From an uncultured Acidobacteriota bacterium (lineage in GTDB: Bacteria; Acidobacteriota; UBA6911), in contig CAWHCF010000032.1 of assembly GCA_963827655.1 (NCBI GenBank), positions 1-64,000 of the forward strand: a stretch of DNA of 64,000 bases, written 5' to 3'. How positions within the stretch are numbered: position 1 is the first letter of the stretch; each line of letters begins with the position of its first letter. The position numbers were made by a program, and so were the translations under genes. This document shows, piece after piece, positions 9,674 to 19,359 of the stretch. The notes below the pieces were generated by a model. That model had not been told where the DNA came from. It saw nothing but the letters and a program-made list of their open reading frames with translations, and searched no databases.

Positions 9674-12600
9674 TCAGAAATAGAACCGCAGTGCCAGCTG
9701 GATGCGCCGGGGCGCGTGCGTGGCGGTCATTTCTCCCAGTCGCGAATTCACCTGGTTGCCCTGGGGGTCGAAGCGCGCCGTGTTATCCACGCCGCTGAAT
9801 TGCGTGTGGTTGAAGGCGTTGTACATCTCGCAGCGGAACTGGAATTTCCTTGTCTCGCCGAAAGGAAAGTCTTTGAAGATCGCAATGTCGAAATTGTTGA
9901 TGCCAGGGCCGCGGATAAGCGTCGACGCTGCATTGCCGATCGTGCCGGTCGCCGGCAGACGGAACACGTCTGTGCGAAAGAACCGGCTGAAAGTGCGCTC
10001 ACTCTTCGGCAGCACCGGGTTGTCGAGCACGACGATGCGCGCGCCGTCGGTCGGAGATCCGGTGATGTCCGTCGCCACCGTGGTGGCAAAATTCACCGGA
10101 AGCGGTTCGCCGCTGATGAAGCTGGTGATTCCGGAAACCTGCCAGTTATTCACGATGTAGTCGAGGCTTCGATTGGGCACCGGCAGCTTCGGCAGGTCCC
10201 ACTGGTAGTTGATCTTGAAGAGGTGGGTCCGGTCGAAGGTCGCGAGGCGGTAGTTCCAGACGCGGATCGGCACTTGCGTACTGACCGTTTCCGTGTCGCC
10301 CTCGTTGTAGTCGAGCGTCTTCGACCAGGTCCAGGCGACGCCAAACTCCAGCCCGTGCGCAAAGCGGCGGTTCGCGGTGACCTGCATGGAGTGGTAATTG
10401 GAGGTGCCGGCTTGTTCTGCGACACTGACGTTGTTGTAACCCGTATACGCGCGCAGGAAGGCCGGTGACAGAGGCCCGTTCGTGGTCGGATCGATATTAC
10501 GCGGGTCGAAGTTAGCGCCAAAAGGAATGGAGTTGAGGTTCCGGCGCCAGAGAAGATGCCGTGCCAGCGAGCCTACGTACCCGACATCCAGCACGATTCC
10601 GAATCCGATGTCACGCTGAACGGAAAGGCTGTAGTTCATCGTCGTCGGGACTTTTCCCTCCTGGTCGACTCCGACCACGTTGCTCGGGAAGAGATAGCCG
10701 GTGGAGTTGAGCAGCGCTGCCAGCGAGCTGTAGTAGATGGTCGGCGACTCCACGATCGGCGGCTGGGCGATGAACGGTGTCAGGATCTGGCCCTGGGCCT
10801 GGCGGTTGTAGAACATGCCGAAGCCGCCGCGCATCGCCGTCTTGCCGTTGCCGAAGATATCCCAGGCAAAGCCTGCGCGGGGCGCAAAGTGGACGCCGCG
10901 GCCTTGGTAAAGAGCCCGCGGGACACTGCCGCCGGGCTGGATCATGCCGTTGATGAAGTCGCCGGTGCCGGGCGCGAGCGCCCCGATCAAGACCGGCGGC
11001 AGTACCTGGCCGGTCGTCGGATGGACTCCGACGCGCTGATTGCCCCGAAGTTGCGGCTGGATCAATTGCACCTGGCGGGAGAGATCGAACGCCCCGGGAT
11101 CGAACCCGGAGAGACGGTCGTCTTCGATAAAGGACGGCGTGACGACGTAGAAGCGCATGCCCCAATCGAGTGTCAGCCGCCGCGTCGCCTTCCAGTTGTC
11201 CTGCGCGAACCACTCGATGTTGCGGGCGACGTGCACCGGCGCCGGGCGGTCCGATGGCTCAGAGTATGTGTTGAACACACCGAGCGCAGCGTTGGCGTAG
11301 GCGTAGCCCGTGTCGAGAGGATTGTTGACGTTCCGGCCGAAATCGAACGCGCCGTTGAACGGAAGTCCGAGTCCGGCGACACCCTGGGTCGCCCACACGC
11401 GGTCCATATAGAGGCCGAACTTCAGCGTGTGAGAGCCCAGCGTCTTGCTGACATGGTCTGCGAACGTAAAGATCCAGTGGTCCGTGGTGAGCGGGAAGCG
11501 AGCCTCCAGCGCCAGCGTCGCCGCACCCGTCACCCCTCCGAACGTCGCGTTTGGAATGAGGTTCAGGGGATTATCGTCCGGATAAAACTGTCCGGTGCGG
11601 AAACCCACCGTGTCCCGCCGGTTGCGCTGCACCTCAGAGTCGGCCACCTGATTGTTCCAGGGCCGGTCGATGTAGCTGACGTTCAACTCATTGATCAGCG
11701 TCGGACCAAAAATCTTCTGGTAGCGCCCGAGGAAGGCCCAGCCTTCGTTGACGGATTTTTGGCTTACCTGGTGCCAGTTGTCCTGGCGAGTGGTCGCGTT
11801 CGGTCCCTCCGTGGTGAAGTTGCTGTGAGTGAAGTTTCCGGTGATGATGTTATTCGCGTTGATGTGATAGTCGAGCTTCAGTGTGTTGGTGCTTGATGGA
11901 TTGCGATTCTCATTCTGGTAGATGTAGTTGTAGCGGCGGCCGGAGATCGCGGTGTCAAAGAAGTTCGCGGCGGGAAAGACCTTCAACAGCGCGACGCCGC
12001 TCGGATCGAGCCGGGTGGCAGGAATGATGTTACCGGGAAACGGGTTCCGGTTGTTTTCCGGATCCTGCACGACGATCAATCGCCCGTTGAGATCGAACGA
12101 TTGCGAGAAGTTGCCGGCGCGCTCGAGGTCGGTCGGAACGGTCACCTCGCCCTCCGCCGTCGATGTTTGCGGCCAGAACTCCTGGTTCCAAAAGAAAAAC
12201 AGCTTGTCGCGATTGGTGTTGAACTTGCCCGGAATCGTCACCGGGCCGCCGATCTGGTAGGTCCATGTGTCGAAGCGGTAGCGACCACGCGGCAGGCCGT
12301 TCCTGTTGTTGAAGAAACTGTTTGCGTTCAAGCCCTCGTGCCGCTTGAAATACGAAACCAGGCCGTGAAAATCGCGCGAGCCCGAGCGGGTGACGATCTG
12401 GACATTCGCACCCGAGGTACGCCCGAACTCCGCCTGATAGTTGCTGAGTAAAACCTTCACCTCGGCGATTGCGTCCATGCTGACGGTAACTACCGAGTTG
12501 TTCATGTTGCCGATGGCATTGAGCGTCGCGCCGTCGAGCGAAACATTGTTGGTATTAGTGCGGCTGCCCTGCGCGTTGATCGACCATGAGTTGGTGAGGG

Positions 12601-13105
12601 AGTCCGAACCGCCCGAGTCCACGATTCCCGGCAGCGTCTGAAGGACCGACATGAAGTTCCGGCCACGAATCAGGAGCGAATCGAGTTGCTTGGTATTGAC
12701 AACGCCCGCGCGCTCGGCGCTGCCGGCCTGCACCGTCGCGCCTTGTGCCACCACCGTGACGCTTTCGGTAGCCGCGCCGACCTCGAGTATCAGATCGTTC
12801 ACGCGCAGCGTCTCGGCCGCCGTGAGATTCACTCCCGTCCGATCGTACCGCTTGAATCCGGAAGCGACGGCATTGATCCGATACTGGCCCGGCGCGAGGC
12901 TGCTGAAGACGAAGTCGCCGCGAACGTCGGTAAGGGTCTGGCGCTCCGAGCCGGTCGCCTCCTGAGTCAGCGTCACCGTCGCGCCGGAGACCGGCAGGTT
13001 GGATGAGTCCTTGACCGTTCCTGTAATGGTTCCCGTGACGCTCTGCGCCGAGGCTGGCGCAGCGAAAAGGACGGCGGAAAGCGCAACAAGCATAGTTCTG
13101 ACCAT
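9674..13105 (-). CDS. TonB-dependent receptor, Oar-like, with N-terminal carboxypeptidase-regulatory domain
   Basis: Signal peptide; TGTITGTVKDSS; VSMDAIAEVKV..NYQAEFGR; C-terminal PRRIQLALRFYF. Confidence 0.95.
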   Translation of the reverse strand: MVRTMLVALSAVLFAAPASAQSVTGTITGTVKDSSNLPVSGATVTLTQEATGSERQTLTDVRGDFVFSSLAPGQYRINAVASGFKRYDRTGVNLTAAETLRVNDLILEVGAATESVTVVAQGATVQAGSAERAGVVNTKQLDSLLIRGRNFMSVLQTLPGIVDSGGSDSLTNSWSINAQGSRTNTNNVSLDGATLNAIGNMNNSVVTVSMDAIAEVKVLLSNYQAEFGRTSGANVQIVTRSGSRDFHGLVSYFKRHEGLNANSFFNNRNGLPRGRYRFDTWTYQIGGPVTIPGKFNTNRDKLFFFWNQEFWPQTSTAEGEVTVPTDLERAGNFSQSFDLNGRLIVVQDPENNRNPFPGNIIPATRLDPSGVALLKVFPAANFFDTAISGRRYNYIYQNENRNPSSTNTLKLDYHINANNIITGNFTHSNFTTEGPNATTRQDNWHQVSQKSVNEGWAFLGRYQKIFGPTLINELNVSYIDRPWNNQVADSEVQRNRRDTVGFRTGQFYPDDNPLNLIPNATFGGVTGAATLALEARFPLTTDHWIFTFADHVSKTLGSHTLKFGLYMDRVWATQGVAGLGLPFNGAFDFGRNVNNPLDTGYAYANAALGVFNTYSEPSDRPAPVHVARNIEWFAQDNWKATRRLTLDWGMRFYVVTPSFIEDDRLSGFDPGAFDLSRQVQLIQPQLRGNQRVGVHPTTGQVLPPVLIGALAPGTGDFINGMIQPGGSVPRALYQGRGVHFAPRAGFAWDIFGNGKTAMRGGFGMFYNRQAQGQILTPFIAQPPIVESPTIYYSSLAALLNSTGYLFPSNVVGVDQEGKVPTTMNYSLSVQRDIGFGIVLDVGYVGSLARHLLWRRNLNSIPFGANFDPRNIDPTTNGPLSPAFLRAYTGYNNVSVAEQAGTSNYHSMQVTANRRFAHGLEFGVAWTWSKTLDYNEGDTETVSTQVPIRVWNYRLATFDRTHLFKINYQWDLPKLPVPNRSLDYIVNNWQVSGITSFISGEPLPVNFATTVATDITGSPTDGARIVVLDNPVLPKSERTFSRFFRTDVFRLPATGTIGNAASTLIRGPGINNFDIAIFKDFPFGETRKFQFRCEMYNAFNHTQFSGVDNTARFDPQGNQVNSRLGEMTATHAPRRIQLALRFYF

Positions 13106-13142
13106 GGGTGCTCCCGTGGAAGGAAAGTCGAGATATGAGCGG

Positions 13143-13172
13143 ATCCTAGCAACAAGGCGGCGCGGTTGTCAA
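13143..13172 (-). promoter_or_regulatory. Putative sigma70 promoter of the receptor gene
   Basis: Reverse strand TTGACA-N18-TAGGAT, about 40 bp before the ATG. Confidence 0.45.
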
Positions 13173-13311
13173 AAGTTAACCAAGCACGCGGTTGCGCAAG
13201 GCGACAGGATCAATCGAGTGCGCAAGCTTGCTTGCGTCTTGTGTGTGGATATTTCGCAGGCATGGCGGCGCGCGTGAGGTTAACAGGGCCGAAGGACCGG
13301 CCGGGTCATCA

Positions 13312-13519
13312 GAGGCAGTCGCAAAACCAATTGGTACATGTGCGGACGGGCTATCAAGCCCGTCCGGCCCCCAAGTGGCACAAAAGAACTTTTTCAGGTC
13401 TAAATCCTCCCGATCAACGTTATTTGCGACGGGTCAATGACCCGGGTTTCGCTCACAGAGGCTCCGGAAAGTGTCTGATGCTGCATTCCAGGGTAGGACA
13501 TGAGTTTTGCAACAGCCTC
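13312..13519. mobile_element. MITE-like element of 208 bp
   Basis: Terminal inverted repeats GAGGCAGTCGCAAAAC / GTTTTGCAACAGCCTC (14/16 match); no convincing coding content. Confidence 0.65.
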
Positions 13520-13681
13520 GGATGGCCTGCCGCCACATGAGGCTGGAGAGTGCCTCCATGAGCATGACCCGACGCGGTCGGCGAGGTTTCTCTTGAAATT
13601 CCGCCTGAGCGCGCCATATCCTCGATGAGCCGTGCATGGAGCGCGGTGCTAACCACGCCGCGAGAGCGTGAGAGAGGGAAC

Positions 13682-15076
13682 ATGCGACGATCCGCCACGT
13701 TGGCAGCAATCCTGCTCGCGGCTCTTTCAGCCGCAAGCGGACAGGCGCCCCGCCCGCCGAACATTATCATTATCATGGCCGACGACCTCGGCTACGGCGA
13801 TCTCGGATGTTATGGCCATCCCTCGATCCGAACGCCGAACCTCGACCGTATGGCGGCAGAGGGGATGCGCTTCACGGACTTCTACTCATCGGCGCCGGTG
13901 TGCACGCCCTCGCGCGCCGGCCTTATGACGGGCCGGCTGCCAGTACGGACCGGGATGTCAAGTAACACGCGACGCGTTCTTTTTCCGGACTCCGCGGGAG
14001 GGCTTCCGGCCGACGAGATCACGATCGCGCGCGCCCTGAAGTCTCGTGGGTATGCGACAGCCTGCGTCGGGAAATGGCACCTCGGCCACCTCCCGCAGTA
14101 CCTCCCGACGCGGCATGGCTTCGATTTCTACTTCGGCATTCCTTACAGCAACGACATGGACCGCGACCCGGCGTCACCGCGCGGCCGCGACGGGATGTTC
14201 AACCCGCGGATCGAGTACTGGAAGGTGCCACTATTGCGCAATGAGGCCGAGGTCGAGCGCCCCGTCGACCAGCAAACGCTGACCCGTCGCTACACGGAGG
14301 AGGCGCTCCGCTGGATCGGTCAAAACAAGGACCGGCCGTTCTTTCTCTATTTCCCGCACACGTTCCCGCACGTCCCGCTCTTCGCGTCGGACAAATTCCG
14401 CGGCACGAGCCCGCGCGGCCTGTACGGCGACGTGGTGGAGGAGCTCGACTGGAGCGTCGGCCAGGTGCTCGATCTGCTGCGGCGTGAGCGCCTGTCCGAA
14501 AACACGTTCGTGTTCTTTACCTCCGACAACGGGCCCTGGCTGCCGCAGGAACACCACGGCGGCTCGGCCGGCCTGCTGCGTGAAGGAAAGGGGAGCACGT
14601 GGGATGGGGGGATGCGCGTGCCGGGGATCGCCTGGTGGCCAGGCCGGATTCGCTCTGGAGCGACTACGCGCGAGCTTGCCGTCAACCTCGACCTCTTTCC
14701 GACCAGCCTCGCGCTTGCCGGCGCGGCGCTCCCGGCGGACCGCGTGCTGGACGGGAGCGACATGGCGCCGATCCTTTTCGGCTCGGGGAAGTCAAATCGT
14801 CAGACGGTCTTCTTCTATCGCGACGAGCAAGTCTACGCCGTCCGGAAGGGCGCGTACAAAGCGCACCTGGTGACCCAGCCGGGATACGGCTCCGAGCCGC
14901 CGATGCGCCAGCACGACCCGCCCCTCCTCTACAACCTGGCCGAGGACCCGTCGGAGCGCTTCGACCTGTCGGCGCAGCAGCCGGGGATCGTGGCCGACCT
15001 CAAGAGCGAGGTCGACCGTCACCGCGCGGAAATGGTTCCCGGCAAGCCGCAACTGGAGGCGCGGTCAAACGATTGA
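13682..15076 (+). CDS. Formylglycine-dependent sulfatase (arylsulfatase A-like)
   Basis: Signal peptide; PNIIIIMADDLGYGD; CTPSRAGLMTGR; GKWHLG; SDNG. Confidence 0.95.
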   Translation: MRRSATLAAILLAALSAASGQAPRPPNIIIIMADDLGYGDLGCYGHPSIRTPNLDRMAAEGMRFTDFYSSAPVCTPSRAGLMTGRLPVRTGMSSNTRRVLFPDSAGGLPADEITIARALKSRGYATACVGKWHLGHLPQYLPTRHGFDFYFGIPYSNDMDRDPASPRGRDGMFNPRIEYWKVPLLRNEAEVERPVDQQTLTRRYTEEALRWIGQNKDRPFFLYFPHTFPHVPLFASDKFRGTSPRGLYGDVVEELDWSVGQVLDLLRRERLSENTFVFFTSDNGPWLPQEHHGGSAGLLREGKGSTWDGGMRVPGIAWWPGRIRSGATTRELAVNLDLFPTSLALAGAALPADRVLDGSDMAPILFGSGKSNRQTVFFYRDEQVYAVRKGAYKAHLVTQPGYGSEPPMRQHDPPLLYNLAEDPSERFDLSAQQPGIVADLKSEVDRHRAEMVPGKPQLEARSND

Positions 15077-15214
15077 CGATTGACGATTGACGATTGGGTC
15101 TTCGTGGTTAACCGCCGAAGAGCTTGAGCATGCGGTCGCGCGAGGCCATTCAACAATTGCCAACAACCGTCACGTTCCTGAAATCGTCAATCGTCAATCG
15201 TAAATCGTCAATCG
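15070..15214. repeat. Inverted pair of heptamer arrays, (CGATTGA)n ... (TCAATCG)n
   Basis: About 4 units at 15070-15096 and about 5 reverse-complement units at 15181-15214, between convergent genes. Confidence 0.9.
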
Positions 15215-15216
15215 AC

Positions 15217-16623
15217 CTACTCGTCCTTTTTCTGGTCTAACAGCTTGATAAGCGCGTCTCGCGCGGCCGGCGTGCGGATTTCTCCCAGGGATCGGACCGC
15301 GGCTCTCCTCACGTCCGCATTCGGGTCAGTCTTGGCCAGTTCGGCCAGGATGGAAACAGCCGCGTCTTTCTCGGTTTCGCCCAGCGCAGCCGCCGCCGCC
15401 CGGCGCAGGCGGGCATCCTTTTCGGTTTTGATGAATGCGGCCAGAATCTCTACGGTCCCCTCCCCCTCAAAATCTCCCAGTGCTCGCAAGACCGCCTCGC
15501 GCGTTTCGAGATCCGTACTCGTGCTCGCGATTTTCTTGAGCGCTTCAAGGGCCTCCGGGATCTTCGTGTCCCCGATCGAGGAAACGGCTGCGCGGCGAAC
15601 GCCAGAGTCGCTGTCGTTGGAGACCACCGTGACCAGGAATTGAAGAATGGCGCCACGATCTTCCTCACGGTCACCGAGCGCATCCACGACCTCGCGGCGA
15701 AGTTCACTGGTTTTGGCTTCACTGTAGAGCGATTGCAGAGCCTGGAGACCTTCGGCGCCTCGAAGATCCTTCAGAGAGTCAATCGCAGATTCAGCGAGTG
15801 GAGGATCTGTCAACGCGATTTTTTTCAGAAGAGCGATGACCTCCGTCTTTTGGGTTTCGACATTGCCCAGCTCTTCCAGGGCCGCCTTTCGAACTGCCAC
15901 ACTGTCATTGGAGAGAGCGATTTCCTTCAGTATTGCGATGGTTTCGGGACTCTTTATTTCACCCAGCGCATGCACGGCGCTGCGGCGCACCCGCGGGGAA
16001 GGATCCTTCCGGGCCAGCTCGGATAGTTTTCCGAGGAGCTTGGGCGAGGCGGAATGTTCCCCAAGCATTCGAACCACCTTGGAGCGAACTTCCTCGTTCG
16101 AGATGTGGTCCAGGCGCGCCATCACCGTGGCCAGCGATGCGTCGTCTCCCATGTCCAGGAGCGCAATCAGAACGGCTGGTTCGATTTCGCCGTCGCTGAC
16201 GTTGCGAAGGGCTTTAATTTTTTCCTCGTACTGAGGTTTGCCTGCTTTCGCCAGCTGGCGGGCGATGCGAACCATGTTCATTTTAGCGTCATTGGCCCAT
16301 TCGCTCTTCGGCTTGCCGTTCACGAACTTGCCGTAGCACTCGAACGACCTTTCCGGAGAAGACTCCGTCCTTTCTCTCGCGTAACAGAGCCAGAAGTGCG
16401 CGTCGTCGGCCCAGTCGCTTGCGGGGAACCTTTGAACCAGGCTCTCGAGAGACTTGATTGCATCCGCCCATTTCTCTTCCAGGATGAGCTTGTAGGCCTC
16501 CCGGTAGGCTTTGCCTGATTCTTCCTGGGGCGTCATGGCCTTGACAGGATCGTGGGACGGCGCAGCCAGCAGAAAAACGAAGCCAAGCAGCAGGGAACGA
16601 GAATATTTCACATAAGCTCTCAT
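15217..16623 (-). CDS. Secreted HEAT-repeat protein with N-terminal TPR/BamD-like segment
   Basis: Signal peptide; FPASDWADDAHFW; repeated D...VRRAAV..LG units. Confidence 0.88.
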   Translation of the reverse strand: MRAYVKYSRSLLLGFVFLLAAPSHDPVKAMTPQEESGKAYREAYKLILEEKWADAIKSLESLVQRFPASDWADDAHFWLCYARERTESSPERSFECYGKFVNGKPKSEWANDAKMNMVRIARQLAKAGKPQYEEKIKALRNVSDGEIEPAVLIALLDMGDDASLATVMARLDHISNEEVRSKVVRMLGEHSASPKLLGKLSELARKDPSPRVRRSAVHALGEIKSPETIAILKEIALSNDSVAVRKAALEELGNVETQKTEVIALLKKIALTDPPLAESAIDSLKDLRGAEGLQALQSLYSEAKTSELRREVVDALGDREEDRGAILQFLVTVVSNDSDSGVRRAAVSSIGDTKIPEALEALKKIASTSTDLETREAVLRALGDFEGEGTVEILAAFIKTEKDARLRRAAAAALGETEKDAAVSILAELAKTDPNADVRRAAVRSLGEIRTPAARDALIKLLDQKKDE

Positions 16624-16643
16624 GACAGAATCTCCCTATCCTA

Positions 16644-16868
16644 AGGGTTCGCGCAGAAATAAGTTCGCATTCTGCTGCGGGCCCGCTGGCGAGGCGCGAG
16701 CGACGACGCGTACCGGTGCGGTACGTGAGGAGCGAGAACAAAGCCAGCGGGGCTGCGGGCCGCAGCCCGAAGGGGCGCGATCCTCAGCGTGCTTAGCAAA
16801 CAGAAACCGGTTCATGATTGACCACCGACTCTCGCGCCAGAATGGGAAGTTATTTCTGCGCGAGCCCT
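16644..16868. mobile_element. MITE of 225 bp with TA target duplication
   Basis: Inverted repeats AGGGTTCGCGCAGAAATAAGTT / AAGTTATTTCTGCGCGAGCCCT (20/22 match), flanked by TA at 16642-16643 and 16869-16870. Confidence 0.85.
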
Positions 16869-17678
16869 TAGCTTCGGGACCGGCCCAGCCCCTTGGAACT
16901 TCCACCGCTGTTCGAGGGCCGGGCCCGGCTTATTTCTTCGAGGTTTATTTTGAACACAAGGGCCTTGTGACGAATTCCGGTTTTCGCAAGTTCGATTCCA
17001 AGCTTATTGTGACCGTCTTCGAAGATGGCTGATCTGCAAAAGAATCACCTCCAGCTCGGAGAGCAGCTCCAGCATGCGTTTCTGTCGAGCTGCCACAAGC
17101 TCCTGTTTGAGAGAATAGGTTTCCTGGACCAGCTCCCTGGACAAGGTTCGCTCAGGCGTTAAATCGAAGCTGCTGATGTCTTGATGATTCGGATCAAGAT
17201 TTACCAGGCCCAGAAGCACGAGCTTGGATCGCTGAAGATACCGATCGACTCGTTCGTCCAGAGCGTCATGCAAGGGGGAGGAAGCGGCCGGGAGGGACTT
17301 ACCACGGTCGACTATCTCGACCGGCCTGTTTGTGAAATAGCGTCCGATGCCAAACCCCAACAGGACCAGCGCGGCCGCGGCCGCCGTCTGCCAGACCCAG
17401 CGTGGCCGGAGAGTCCAGGCGCGGTTCTTCGTCGCGGCGGATGGGTTGGACTCTACCTCTCGAAGAAAGCGTGCCCAGACCCTTGTCCAGAACGCCTCAT
17501 CAGGGCGTGGCCTGTTCCTGGCTTGCATGAGTTGAAGAGTTTCTTTCAGTCCGTCGAACTCCTTCGAGCAGATCGGGCAAACCGCCAGATGCCGTTCGAA
17601 CGCTTCGCGATGCGGAGGTTCGAGTTCGCCGTATAGAGCTTCCAGGAAATTCTCCTGGTGTTTCCGACAAGAGTTCAT
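16868..17678 (-). CDS. Zinc-finger (zf-HC2) membrane anti-sigma factor (frameshift near 17020)
   Basis: HLAVCPIC ZAS motif and a TM helix; the C-terminus continues in another frame (EDGHNKLGIELAK...GRSRS*) to the MITE edge. Confidence 0.82.
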
Positions 17679-18259
17679 TTGAAGGTCTCCAGACCGAATT
17701 CCTTTCTGTAAAAGGATAGCTCTTTTTGAAGTTTTCGAAGGGCTCTCCAGAGCATGTTCTTGACTGTTCCTTCCGAGCGGCCGAGGATTTGCGCTGCTTC
17801 CTTGACGGGAAGCTGATGGTAAGTCCGAAGGACAAACACAGAACGCTCCAGTGGAGTAAGGTGTTGGAGGGCTTCGTCGATATGCGTCTGGATTCGTCCT
17901 GCTTCAGTTGTCTCCTCCGGATTCGAGTTGGGACTGGGTTCGACCAGGCGCTCGCAGTATCCGGGCACATCCTCGGACGAAGTGATCAACGGCGACGACC
18001 TGCGGGTCAGGTCGATGCATGTATTAATTGTGATTCGATGAAACCAGGTCGACAGCCGGGAGTTGCCTCTGAAGGTCTTCAATGATCGATGGGCCTTGAT
18101 CAAGACCTCCTGCAGGACATCCTCGGCGTCGTGGTGATTGCCGGTAAAATCCAGTGATAAGTAATAAATCTGCTTTTGGTGACGTTCGACTATTTCCTGA
18201 AACGCAGACATATCTCCGTTGCGAGCCTTTTCGACCAGGACCCTCTCATCTGTCTCCAC
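17675..18259 (-). CDS. ECF sigma-70 factor
   Basis: GDMSAFQEIVERHQ; DAEDVLQEV; STWFHRITIN; region 4 EAAQILGRSEGTVKNMLWRA; start codon uncertain. Confidence 0.92.
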   Translation of the reverse strand: METDERVLVEKARNGDMSAFQEIVERHQKQIYYLSLDFTGNHHDAEDVLQEVLIKAHRSLKTFRGNSRLSTWFHRITINTCIDLTRRSSPLITSSEDVPGYCERLVEPSPNSNPEETTEAGRIQTHIDEALQHLTPLERSVFVLRTYHQLPVKEAAQILGRSEGTVKNMLWRALRKLQKELSFYRKEFGLETFK

Positions 18260-18369
18260 AATCTGCTCTCTAACTTTGATTAGGCGAGATTTGCCGGAAA
18301 TAGGTTTGCAACGATTTTTAAAATTGTCGGCGGCGAAGCAGGCTTCGCCGAACGGTAGCAAGCCGCGCC

Positions 18370-18420
18370 TTTGGAGTGCGCAAAGCTTGCTTGCGCCTCG
18401 TGTTGCGGCAGCTTGCCCGC
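18370..18420. repeat. REP-like repeat, TTTGGAGTGCGCAAGCTTGC family
   Basis: Related copies at 13216-13240, 22561-22630, 39663-39702 (reverse) and 56019-56074. Confidence 0.75.
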
Positions 18421-18473
18421 CCTAAGCCCTGGCCCACGGGTTGTGTATGAATCCTGAATCTTGAACTAGATCC

Positions 18474-18995
18474 TCACTGGGGCTTGAAGATTGTTCCGTG
18501 TTTGCGGGCAATCTCCTCCATCTGACCGGGAGTCAACACCTTCAGCTCGGTTTCGGGCGGAGCTCCAATCTCGCGGAAAAATCCTTCCAGACCGGGCGGT
18601 GACACCAGCCACACAAGCTGCATCTCCTTCCCGGAATTCTCGACGCCGTGCCAGACGCCCGCCGGGATGTAAATTGTCGTTCCTGGTTCGACCGTACGCC
18701 TCCCGTCGCCGAGGATCGCCGTTCCACTCCCCTGATGGATAAAAAGAACTTCTTCGGCATGTTCGTGACGATGCACGCGTATTCCTGCCCCGGGGACCAG
18801 GTCCTGAGTTCCCATCGCCAGCCGAGCCGAGCCGGTCCTGGGGTCTACCTTGATCACGACCTTACCGTTGGGCCGGCGCAGCACTTCCCCTTCCTCCGCG
18901 GCAAGAACGCGGCCCTCACTCACAATCTTCCCGGATGGAATCCGGCAAGCCGAGAACGCAACGAGAAACGACAACAGCACTTTCAATCTTGGCAA
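18474..18995 (-). CDS. Cupin domain protein, probably exported
   Basis: HRHEHAEEVLFIHQG and IYIPAGVWHGVEN metal motifs. Confidence 0.85.
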   Translation of the reverse strand: MPRLKVLLSFLVAFSACRIPSGKIVSEGRVLAAEEGEVLRRPNGKVVIKVDPRTGSARLAMGTQDLVPGAGIRVHRHEHAEEVLFIHQGSGTAILGDGRRTVEPGTTIYIPAGVWHGVENSGKEMQLVWLVSPPGLEGFFREIGAPPETELKVLTPGQMEEIARKHGTIFKPQ

Positions 18996-19039
18996 CCTAT
19001 CCTCCTTCCGGGGGGACGCGAAGAAACACGCAGACGGTT

Positions 19040-19330
19040 CATTCGAGCCAGATGTTTACCGGCGAATATGAGATGCCCGAATTCGACCTGGGGAATACCT
19101 TCAACTATGCCGAACTCACCCGCTTGATGGTTCCTCGTCCGTTCATGGTCGAGCGCGGCCATCGTGACGGCGTGGCTCCCGACGAATGGGTGGCCTACGA
19201 ATATGCGAAGGTGCGCCGTTTGTATACCACGCTGGGGATCGGTGACCGCACCGCGATCGAATTCTTCAACGGGCCGCACGAAATCAACGGCGTGGGAACA
19301 TTCGAGTTCCTCGAAAAACATCTAAGATAG
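19040..19330 (+). pseudogene. Orphan C-terminal fragment of an alpha/beta hydrolase (dienelactone hydrolase/esterase-like)
   Basis: FTGEYEMPEFDLGNTFNYAEL..LMVPRPFMVERGHRDGV...FNGPHEING...FLEKHLR; no upstream part. Confidence 0.65.
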
Positions 19331-19359
19331 TGTCTTTGTGTCTTCGTGGTTAGAGCTGT

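Noticed and set aside
10556-11896. Long antisense ORFs (also 31866-33068, 40786-42198, 50752-51837, 52348-53352)
   Set aside because: Shadow frames of GC-rich genes with no recognisable motifs
9524-15214. CRISPR array
   Set aside because: 7-nt tandem units without spacers, and no cas genes
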